DNA of 64,000 nucleotides, taken from positions 465,057-529,056 of the forward strand of contig CAWEOP010000006.1 in assembly GCA_963810755.1 (NCBI GenBank), written 5' to 3'. Below the pieces are notes generated by a model. That model did not search any database, was not told the DNA's origin, and saw only the letters and a list, made by a program, of their open reading frames with translations. The stretch is from an uncultured Gammaproteobacteria bacterium (GTDB lineage Bacteria; Pseudomonadota; Gammaproteobacteria; Steroidobacterales; Rariloculaceae). A program made the position numbers and the translations under genes. How positions within the stretch are numbered: the first letter of the stretch is position 1; every line of letters begins with the position of its first letter. Positions 37,464 to 46,435 of this stretch are shown here, in pieces.

Positions 37464-38672
37464 ATGATCGAGCGCGCTCCTCGGAGACACTCGTGCGCAA
37501 GCCCAGCCCACACTCGCGTCTCGCGCCGCACCTTCGTTCGCACGACCGCCGCCGCGGCCGTCGCGTTCGGCGCCCCTTCGGTCGTGCGCGCGCAAAGTCC
37601 GCTCACGCTGCGCTTTCGCACGATCCGCGACCCCGACGGCTGGTACCCGAGCCTGCGGCTCAAGGGCGACTGGCTGATCTTCGAGGTCAGCGACGGCGTT
37701 CTGTCGGGCTTCGGCGAAGCCTCGCACAGCATGGACGACGAAGGCTGCAAGCGAACCGCGGCCGGCCTGTTCGTCGAGCACTACGCGGGCTTTTCGCCGT
37801 CGCTCGAGAACCTGGCGCGCAAGGAGAGCGAGATCGCGGCGCTCGAGCCCGACTTCGTGACCGCAACGGCATTCTCCGGGATCAACCAAGCGCTTTACGA
37901 CCTGCTGGCCAAACGCGAGCGCGTGCCGGTGTGGCAGCTGTTCAGGAGCGGCACGGCGTTCCACGGCCTGCCGCTCTACACGACGATCAATCGGGCGCTG
38001 CAGACGCGCACGCCGGAGGAATACTCCGCGGTCGTCGGTGAGCTCCAGGCACTCGGATTCAAGACCTACAAGTGCGCGCCCTTCGAGGCCGTGAACAGCC
38101 CGGACCACGCCGTCGAGAAAGCCGCGGCGGGCTTGGCGACGCTCGCGCGGCTGCGCGAGCAATTCCCGGACCTCGCGGTACGCGTGGATTTCCACGAGCG
38201 ATTTCAGCCGAAGGACTTCTACGCGCTGATACCGGAGCTCGAGCGCCTGAAGCTCGACTGGCTCGAGGAGCCGTTCCCCGTCGGCCCGACCTACGACGAG
38301 CTCAAGCGCAAGACGCACCTGCGGCTGTCGGGCGGCGAGCTCTTCTGGGGCAGGCGCCGCTTCGAGGAAATCACCGAGCACCGCTGGGTCGACGTGATCA
38401 TGCCGGACGTGAAGCACTCGGGCGGCTTCGGCCCGCTGCTCGACGTGATGCGGATGGGCGCGGGCAGGATCGAGATCTCGCCGCACAATCCGTCGGGCCC
38501 GATCTCGACGGCCGCGAGCCTGCACGCCGCGGCCGTCTATCCCGACCTCGTCCGCTCGCTCGAGTACTCGTTCGATCGCAAGCAGACGCGGCGCAGCACG
38601 GGCGAGACGATCGAGAACGGCGTGCTGCTGCTCAGCGACAAGCCGGGCTGGGGCGTAGAACCGCCGGCGTGA
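37464..38672 (+). CDS. enolase-superfamily (mandelate racemase/muconate lactonizing enzyme family) protein with Tat signal
   Basis: 402 aa, intact. SRRTFVRTTAAAAVAFGAPSVVRA twin-arginine leader. Barrel motifs VRVDFHERF, WLEEPF, LSGGELF, DVIMPDVKHSGG. Confidence 0.85.
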   Translation: MIERAPRRHSCASPAHTRVSRRTFVRTTAAAAVAFGAPSVVRAQSPLTLRFRTIRDPDGWYPSLRLKGDWLIFEVSDGVLSGFGEASHSMDDEGCKRTAAGLFVEHYAGFSPSLENLARKESEIAALEPDFVTATAFSGINQALYDLLAKRERVPVWQLFRSGTAFHGLPLYTTINRALQTRTPEEYSAVVGELQALGFKTYKCAPFEAVNSPDHAVEKAAAGLATLARLREQFPDLAVRVDFHERFQPKDFYALIPELERLKLDWLEEPFPVGPTYDELKRKTHLRLSGGELFWGRRRFEEITEHRWVDVIMPDVKHSGGFGPLLDVMRMGAGRIEISPHNPSGPISTAASLHAAAVYPDLVRSLEYSFDRKQTRRSTGETIENGVLLLSDKPGWGVEPPA

Positions 38673-38847
38673 GCGAGCGCGCGGGCGATCGCCTAAGGAC
38701 GCGCCGCGCTCGCAGACTCGACGACGTCGCGTTGATCGTCGGCTACGAAGATTCGGGCGGGTCGCGTAGGCGTGATTGGACGACTAGTCGATCTCGTCTG
38801 GAGCAGCGCGTGCGGATACTCGGTCCGCGCGCTGTTGCCATTCCCGT

Positions 38848-39314
38848 TCATCGCGTTGCAGCCGTCTCCGGATCACGGCATGCACGTGCGCGACGAGCCT
38901 CATCTCCCGCGTGCCGAGTCCGCTGTAGTGCGATCACCCATGAGAATTCGCACGCATGCGTCGCAGCCAACTCGCGCCGCCCCCCGCGGTGTCAGCGCAA
39001 TGCGGATCGAACGTCGGTCGAATGGATCGGGCAAGAGCTCCAGCAACCCCGCGCGCGCCGCTACGATAACGCCTTTACGCGCGGCCTGCTTCGATACGCC
39101 TAGCATGCGCGCCACTCCGAGATCGATGGATCGCCGCCGACTGCGCTCGAGTGCGGATAGGAGGCGGTACCGCGCGTCAGTCCGAAACACGAGCTCGCCG
39201 CGCGTCGCCGCGGGCCTTTTGCATCAGCTCCGCGGTAGCCGCGATCTCGCGGACGAACTTGACGGCCTCGTTGCGCCAGAGTTTCCCGGCGTATCGCCGG
39301 CGCTCGCGATGCAT
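38848..39314 (-). pseudogene. MarR-family regulator, frameshifted as assembled
   Basis: Core in ORF 38900..39190: DARYRLLSALE...SIDLGVARMLGVSKQAARKGVIVAARAGLLELLPDPFDRRSIRIALTPRG. N-terminal helix (YAGKLWRNEAVKFVREIAAT...) and C-terminus are in other frames. One shift is at a G6 run. Confidence 0.5.
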
Positions 39315-39413
39315 CGCGTCCGCTTGCGACTCGGGCGCGAGGTCCTTGAGCGCACTGCGTAACGCATCGTCACGCGTATCGGGAGAACGCATACGCGCAG
39401 GGTGCACTTCTGC

Positions 39414-39497
39414 AATCGACAAGTGCGGCGTCGAATCTCGCCCGATCGACAAATTACCTGTCGATCGGCGCGAAATCGAATCTCGGGCTGTCGATCG
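39414..39497. promoter_or_regulatory. cluster of operator-like repeats upstream of the MarR gene
   Basis: TCGAATCTCG at 39431-39440 and 39476-39485. Inverted repeat CGATCGACA (39443-39451) / TGTCGATCG (39459-39467). Third TGTCGATCG at 39489-39497. Half-site ATCGACA at 39415-39421. Confidence 0.35.
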
Positions 39498-39588
39498 AAA
39501 AAGCCCCTCCCAATCGCGACAAGGACGGAGCGCGCGCCGGCCCGTCCGCCATGCACCCGCATGAATTGCGCTGTCTGTCGGCCGCGCC

Positions 39589-40744
39589 TCAATAGCCCGC
39601 CGCCAAATCGACGACGGACAACAGCGCGTCACCTCTTATATAGCGGCGCACGTTCTCGGCGACCAAGACGAGCGTGCGCTCGTCGCGGATGTCCGAGCTC
39701 GTCGCGATGTGCGGCGTGATGATCACGTTGCGCATGCCCCAGAGCGGGTGGCCCGGGGGCAGCGGCTCCGGGTCCGTCACGTCGAGCCCCGCGCCGCCGA
39801 TCTTGTGCTGCTCGAGCGCGGCGGTGAGCGCGGCGGTGACGACGCTCTCGCCGCGCCCGATGTTGATGAAGAACGCGTCGTCCTTCATCGCGTCGAAGAA
39901 CTGCGCGTCGAACATGCCGCGCGTCTCGGGCGTCAACGGCGTCGCGTTCACGACCACGTCCGCGCGCGCCGCAAGCGTGCGATATTCGTCCGCGAGACCC
40001 ACGTACTCGACGTAGTCCGGCCCTTCGCGCCGGCTGTTGCGCGTCGCGATCACGTGCATCCCGAGCGCGTGCGCGCGCTTCGCGACCTCGGTGCCGATCC
40101 CGCCCAAGCCCACGACGAGCAGCGTCTTTCCCTTCGACCTCGCGCAGGCGCTCTTCGCGCAGCTCGCGAAACCCGCGGCTCCACGCACCCGCGATCTGCT
40201 CCGCTTCGTACTGCGGGAGCGCACGCGCGAGCGCGAGCATCAACGCAACCGCGTGCTCCGCCATGTGCGGCCCTTGGATGCGCTGCAGGTTCGTGACGAC
40301 GATGTCGCGCTGCGCGACCGCTGGAACCGTCGCGCAGCTATCCGCGCCCGCATTGAGCAGCTGGATCCATTTCAGGCCTTGGCCGCGCTCGATGATTCCC
40401 GGCGTGCAGAGCCCGATCAGGACGTCCGCGCCGGCGACGGCTTCGGTCATGGCCGCGAAATTTCTCAAGCCCGGCACGCCGACCACTTCGACGCCGGGCG
40501 CGATGCCGCGGAGTGCGTCCGCGATCTCCACGTCGGCCACGACGATGCGCTTCGGCGGAGCCCAGCCCTTGCGCTCGCGGACGGGCGTCGGCGCCTCGCG
40601 CAGCTCGAAGCGCTCGATCAGCGCGGCCGCGGCGGCGCACAGGTTGTCGCAGCCCGCGGCCGGCTGGGCCGGGGTCCGCGCGGCGGGTATCGCGAGCGCG
40701 GCGGCTGCGATCAGCGCGGCGCAAAACCGGTTGGGCGACAGCAC
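39589..40744 (-). pseudogene. D-isomer-specific 2-hydroxyacid dehydrogenase with about 60-aa signal-bearing N-extension, one frameshift as assembled
   Basis: MLSPNRFCAALIAAAALAIPAARTPA leader. Catalytic-domain start KRIVVADV... Frame change at the TTTCCC run near 40127-40133. NAD motif GKTLLVVGLGGIGTEVA, ...NIGRGE..., ...ITPHIA... Confidence 0.8.
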
Positions 40745-40876
40745 GAGCGTCTACCCTACCGATCTTGCGCAGCGACGCGCGTCGAGTGCCAAACGCCGGC
40801 GACCAGCAAAGCAGTGATCACCACACCGCGAGCGGTTGCACGAAAAGCATCGAACGACGCGGCTGCGCTGGCTGCC

Positions 40877-41926
40877 ATGTCGGGTGCTCCGTTGACCGGA
40901 GCGAACTATACTCCGTTCGTGAAAACCCTCGGCGCTCTGGTCGCTCTTGCTGCTGCTCGCAGCAACCGCTCACGCGCACCACTCCGCCGCGATCTTCGAC
41001 CGCGAGTCGGTCATCGAGGTCGAAGGCGTGATCACCGAGGTCGCGTGGGTCAATCCGCACGTGAAGCTCAAGATGCGCGGCGCAGTACCGGGCGGCACCG
41101 AGCACGTCTGGGACATCGAGTCGAACTCGGTCAGCATCGTGAGCCGGTTCGGGCTGTCGGAGGAGCTCATCCCGGTAGGCCAACGCGTGAAGGTCGCGGG
41201 CAACGGCGGCCGCGGCCGCGACGACATCCTCTGGATCACGAACCTGCTGCTGCCCGACGGCAGGGAGATCCAGTTCGGCGACTTCATCCCGGCACGCTGG
41301 TCGCAGCAGCTCGTCGGCAAGGACACTCGCCGCGCGGTGACGGCGGATACCGGCAATCGCGGCATCTTTCGCGTCTGGACGAACGCGGGCTGGCTCTGGA
41401 ATGACCAAATGCCATTGACGCCGGCGGCCACGGCCGCGCGCCAGACGTTCGATCCCGTCAAGAACGATCCGACCGCGAACTGCGCGCCGAAGGGGATGCC
41501 GTACGCGATGGAGCAACCGTATCCGCTCGAGTTCGTCGACAACGGCGACGAGATCCTGCTGAAGCTCGAGGAATACGACGCGGTGCGTCACATCACGCTG
41601 ATCGCCGCGCAATGCGGTGACGCGTGAGCGCGCCCGCTCGCCGCTCGGCACTTCGTTCGGCCGGTGGGACGGGAAGGCGCTCGTCGTCGAGACGATCGAC
41701 ATCGACTACCCGTATCTGAACGGCACGCGGCATTCCGCTCGGACCGGACGTGCGCACCGAGGAACGATTCTCGCTGAACGCGGACGGCAGCCGGCTCGAG
41801 TACACGCTGACGGTGACGGATCCGACCACGTTCACGGAGCCCGCCGAGTTCACGAAGGCGTGGGAGTGGCGGCCCGGGGAGCAAGTGAAGCCGTACGATT
41901 GCCAGCGGTCGGCGCCGATCCGCTGA
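40877..41926 (+). pseudogene. DUF6152-like + Cys-bracketed domain fusion (family copy 5), paralog of 11926..12927, frameshifted as assembled
   Basis: Leader in one frame (start ATG 40877 or GTG 40919). AHA|HHSAAIFD...WVNPHVKL...NCAPKGMPYAMEQPYPLEF in ORF 40947..41627. GRWDGKALVVETIDIDYP... and ...WEWRPGEQVKPYDCQ...* (TGA 41924-41926) in other frames. Confidence 0.75.
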
Positions 41927-42050
41927 GCGGTCTCGCAGCGCTTCCTCGCAGGCTCTGCTCGGCTCCACGCCGCGACCAGCAACCTGAACGATGGAGTCGA
42001 ACGAAATCGGCGCGCCACGCGCCGCCGGTCGACAAGACTCGGGGGACATC

Positions 42051-44265
42051 ATGCGCGGATGTATCCCGTTGGCCGTTGGCGCTGTCGCCGCGGCAATAGC
42101 CTCTCGCTTGCGCGCCGAAGGCGCCGAGCGGCGGCTCCGCCGGAGGCGTCGACGCACGCGCGCGCAGCTCCCACTGCACGGCGCCGCGGCCGTCGACGCC
42201 GCGCGCCTGCGCGCCGCGGACTCCGAGCCCGGCCATTGGATGTCCGACGGGCGCACACTACGATGAGCAGCGCTTCAGCCCGCTCGATCAAATCACCACG
42301 GACAACGTGCAGACTCGGGCTCGCCTGGTACGCCGATCCCGACCGAACCGCGGCCAGGAGGCAACACCGATCGTCGTCGACGGCGTGCTGTACGTGTCCC
42401 GCCTGGAGCAAGGTGTACGCGTTCGATGCGCAAGACCGGCAAAGAGCTCTGGAAATACGACCCGCAGGTGCCGCGTGAGTGGGCCGTGAACGTCTGCTGC
42501 GAAGTCGTGAATCGCGGCGTCGCCGCCTGGAACGGCAAGATCTTCTCGGCACCCTCGACGGCCGCTCGATCGCGCTCGACGCGGCGACCGGCAAGGAAGT
42601 GTGGAGCACGCTCACGATCGACCGGACATGCGAGCCTACTCGATCACCGGCGCGCCGCGCGTCGTGAAGGGCAACGTGCTCATCGGCAACGCGCGGCGCC
42701 GAGTTCGGCGTGCGCGGCTACGTGTCCGCCTACGACGCCGAGACCGGCAAGCGCGCCTGGCGCTTCTACACCGTGCCCGGCAATCCGGCCGACGGCGTTC
42801 GAGAACGCGGCGATGGAGATGGCCGCCAAGACCTGGAACGGCGAGTGGTGGAAGCTCGGCGGCGGCGGCACGCCGTGGGACGCGCATCGTCTACGACCCG
42901 AGACCAACCTGGTTATCTTCGGCACCGGCAACGGCGCCCCTGGAAGCCAGGCGCTCAGAGCCCCGGCGGCGGCGACAACCTGTTCCTCGCGTCGATCGTC
43001 GCGCTCGATCCCGACGACCGGCGAGTACGTGTGGCATTACCAGACCACGCCCGGCGAGACGCTGGGACTTCACGGCCACGCAGCCCATCATGGTCGCCGA
43101 ATCTCGACTCGGCGGAACGACGCGCCACGTCGTGATGCAGGCGCCGAAGAACGGCTTCTTCTACGTGATCGACGCGAAGACCGGCGAGCTGATTTCCGCG
43201 GACAACTTCGCGCCGGTGAACTGGGCGAGCGGCGTGGACCCGAAGACCGGCCGGCCGATCCAAAATCCCGACGCGCGCTTCGACCAGACCGGCAAGGTCG
43301 CGTTCGTCACGCCGACGGGACGCGGCGCGCACAACTGGCAGCCGATGTCGTTCAACCCGAACACCGGGCTCGTGTACTTCGGCTCGCGGCACAACGCGCA
43401 GGCCTACATCCCGATGCCAGCTAAGGACTTCAAGGTATCGAACGTCGGCACGAACGTCGGCCTCGTCCGCCCCGTGCCGGACGCGGTGACCGCCGAGCTC
43501 GAAGCGCGGCCGGACCTGCAGTTCGAGGATCGCGGCGCGATGCTCGGTTGGGATCCCGTCGCGCGCAAGCCGCGCTGGCGCTACGTCGACAAGAGCGGCG
43601 GCGGCGACGGCGGCACGCTCTCGACGGCGGGCAACCTCATGTTCGCGGGCGGCGGCGAGCGGCAGTTCATCGCGTACGACGCCGCGACCGGCGAGCGCAT
43701 CTGGCACTTCACGGCGCAGACCGGCGTGGCGGCGGGCCCGATCTCGTACGAGATCGACGGCGAGCAGTACGTCGCGGTCGCGGCCGGCCGCGGCCTGCAG
43801 CCGTACTACCAGCCGAACTATTCGCGTCTGCTCGCGTTCAAGCTCGGCGGCATCGGCGCAGCTGCCGCCGATGCTCGACTACACGCCGCCCGCGCTCGAT
43901 CCGCCGGAGAGCACGGCCGTCCGCGGAGGTCCTGACGCGCGGCGCCGCGGTGTACGGTCAGAACTGCGTCCAGTGCCACGGCAACACGATCGGCACGTTT
44001 CCGGACCTGCGCGTGTCTCCCGCGATCAAGAGTCGCAGGAGCTATTCGACGCGATCGTGCTGAACGGCGCGCGCGCGGCGAACGGCATGGTGTCGTTCGC
44101 GCTCGCAGGTGACTCCCGAGGATGCGCGCGCGGTGCGCGAGTACGTGATCACGCTCGCGATTCAGGAGAAGGGTGTGCAGGCTGCGGCGGCCGCGCGCGC
44201 AGCCGCCGGCTTCCGCCCGCGCCGCGGCGGCCGCGACGAACGAGGCGCAACCGCACGACAATTGA
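42051..44265 (+). pseudogene. type-II quinohemoprotein alcohol dehydrogenase (PQQ propeller + C-terminal cytochrome c), heavily frameshifted as assembled
   Basis: Motifs in order but spread over all frames: RGQEATPIVVDGVLYVS, vicinal-Cys NVCCEVVNRGVA, LDGRSIALDAATGKEVW, GAEFGVRGYVSAYDAETGK, TPWD, NLFLASIVALD. Clean stretch 43.06-43.86 kb. Heme motif CVQCH. About 15 or more frame changes. Confidence 0.8.
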
Positions 44266-44279
44266 GTCGTCGAGCCGGG

Positions 44280-44914
44280 CTACTTTGTCTTTCGCCCAAT
44301 ACGGCTTCGGCTCGAGCTTCGCGTTCGCGAGCACGCGCGCGACGCCCGCCCGGCCTCGAGCGAGACGAGCGCGCCCGTCGAGTCGAGCTTCACGTCGGCC
44401 GCGAGCGACAGCGTGCCGTCGCCGTGCCCGTTGCCGTCCAAGTACAGCTCGATCACGCGTGTAGTCGAGCTTGTCGGCGCCGCGGGCGCCGATGACTCGG
44501 CAGCCACGGACCACGGCTTGAACTCGTAGCCGCCGATCGGCTTGTCGGTCACGAACGTGACGCGCTCTCCCTTGCGGCGTCGAAGACTGCGATGCGCGTA
44601 CTTCACCGAGTATCCGACGCCGCTGCCGCTCTGCCAGACGTAGCCGACCGTCGGCAGGCTCGCGAGCGCCTCGTGCACGCCGGACTCTTGCGCGAGCGCG
44701 GCCACGACGGCGCCGCGCGCCGCTTCGTCGGACCAGGCGCGCACGTCGACTCGGAGGCGTCACGCCGCTCGGGTCATCGCAGCCGTCGTCGCCGTGAACT
44801 TGTCGGGGACGACGGGCGGCGCCGCGTGCGTGCTACTGACGCCGGCAGCGGCTATCGGCCGGTCAGCACGACCACGTCGATTCTGGCGAAAAGTGTCGGG
44901 TTCGGATTCTTCAT
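44280..44914 (-). pseudogene. hypothetical protein, frameshifted as assembled
   Basis: GAGGAGG SD + ATG 44914 (MKNPNPTLFARIDVVVLTG) hits a stop after 20 codons. Continues in ORFs 44760..45032 and 44280..44744 (…VGYVWQSGSGVGYSVKY…VIELYLDGNGHGDGTLSL…). No family recognised. Confidence 0.35.
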
Positions 44915-45057
44915 GCTCTGCCTCCTCGTCCGGCTGACGCCGATGGCTTATGTGGGCGCTACGACGGCCGAGCCATACGCTTCGACCGGCGCCGATCTTT
45001 GTCAGCTCCGTGGAGTTTTTCAAGGGGTGCAAACGCCAGCGCCGCCGAAAAAGCGAT

Positions 45058-45690
45058 TCAACGGTTGGCGACGTTCGTTTCGCGCGTGAAAACGCGCTCT
45101 ACCACGACCGGGTCGGCCTTCTTCTGCTTGAGCCGTACGATCCAGTGCAGATCGTCGGCCCCGTCGAGCAGATAGGTTTCCGTGACCGTCGTGCCGTTCT
45201 CGTACTCGTGCACGACCTCGAAGACGTCGCCGTTCCAGCCGGCGCGCACGCTGCCATCGCGATCTTCCGACCGGCGGCCATGCTCGTAGGTCGCCGTGAG
45301 CGCGCCGCCGTAGTCGAACTCGGTGGCGGAGGCTTCTTGGAGGATCCGAATTTGCGTGACTACGCTGAGCGCCTGCTCGGCGCCGGGCAGGTCGTCCGCC
45401 TCGAGCGGCTCGGGCTCGTGGCCCGTGGGCAGCGGCAAGCTGCCGACCGGAATTCCGAAGACGTTGATACCCTTGATGACTTGGCGCCCGATACCGCTCC
45501 CGCCGCTACTGGAGGATTTTTCTTCGCGCGGACGAGCCGGATTGTCGCTGTGCGACTTGTCGAGCACCCAAGTGCCCGTGAGGTTCGGATGAGGAGCGGG
45601 CTGCGCCACCGCGCCGATCGCGATGAATGCGAGCACGGCAAGCGCCGCACGTAACGGCACCGGCCGCAGAGCTGTTCTTGCGTTGACCAT
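45058..45690 (-). CDS. secreted hypothetical protein (GxW start, no Cys pair)
   Basis: AAGGAG SD + ATG 45690. Signal ...AFIAIGAVAQP. PNLTGTWVLDKSHS... 210 aa. Read from the lower part of ORF 45058..46233. Confidence 0.6.
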   Translation of the reverse strand: MVNARTALRPVPLRAALAVLAFIAIGAVAQPAPHPNLTGTWVLDKSHSDNPARPREEKSSSSGGSGIGRQVIKGINVFGIPVGSLPLPTGHEPEPLEADDLPGAEQALSVVTQIRILQEASATEFDYGGALTATYEHGRRSEDRDGSVRAGWNGDVFEVVHEYENGTTVTETYLLDGADDLHWIVRLKQKKADPVVVERVFTRETNVANR

Positions 45691-45997
45691 TCGCGTTTCT
45701 CCTTCGCTCGCTTGCCGCCATCGTGCGAACGCGGCCGAGCATTCCACCGATAGCCTAGCGACGAGGCCGCCGACGAACCGTCGGTCGACTATGGGCAATT
45801 GTGACATCGGCACCGAACGTTCGACTCGCCGCCTCGGTGTTCGTTCGCGTGCTCGCCGCCGCCGAATACTGAACGTTGCGTCCCGTCGTTCAGCTTCGCG
45901 CTCGGCGCTATACTCCGGCAGCCCAACAAAATCACGTCGGCGGCCGTGCGACCGCGACAAGAAAGAATGAGCTTCAATCGAGCACTGGCCGTCCTGA

Positions 45998-46435
45998 TTG
46001 TCCCTGTCGTGCATAGCCGCGTTCGCGTGGCGGGTCGCTGCCGCGACGGGCGAGTCGTTCGACGTGCGCCTGTCGCCCGCGCCGCGCGACGCCGCGATGC
46101 GCAAGACCATCGCGGGCAAAGGTGCAGCGAAGGCCACGCTGGCCGGCAACCAGTTGACGATCGAAGGCACGTTCGACGGATTCCCTTCGCCCGCCACGCA
46201 TGCCGAGATCCATCGCGGGCCCGCGGTCGGCATGCGCGGTCCCGCGATCTACGAGCTCACCGTATCGAACGGAACGAGCGGCACTCTGTCCGGCTCGTTC
46301 ACGCTGAGCGACGACGCGCTCGCCGGGCTCAATTCGGGGCAGCTCTACATTCAGGTAGCGAGCGAAGGCGCGCCGGACGGCAACGTCTGGGGATGGCTGC
46401 TGCCGGCCGCCGCGCCGATCGTGAGGGACCGATGA
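45998..46435 (+). CDS. CHRD domain protein
   Basis: ATLAGNQLTIEGTFDGFPSPATHAEIHRGPAVGMRGPAIYEL...GQLYIQVAS is a CHRD-like pattern. TTG start at 45998, or ATG 45967 with a frame change in the leader. The stop overlaps the next gene's ATG. Confidence 0.7.
   Translation: MSLSCIAAFAWRVAAATGESFDVRLSPAPRDAAMRKTIAGKGAAKATLAGNQLTIEGTFDGFPSPATHAEIHRGPAVGMRGPAIYELTVSNGTSGTLSGSFTLSDDALAGLNSGQLYIQVASEGAPDGNVWGWLLPAAAPIVRDR

Noticed and set aside
42051-44265. Treating the shattered quinohemoprotein ADH as a confidently dead gene
   Set aside because: There is about one indel per 80 bp in places, yet motifs are near-perfect and one 800-bp stretch is clean. That looks more like consensus error than decay, so the pseudogene label stays provisional.
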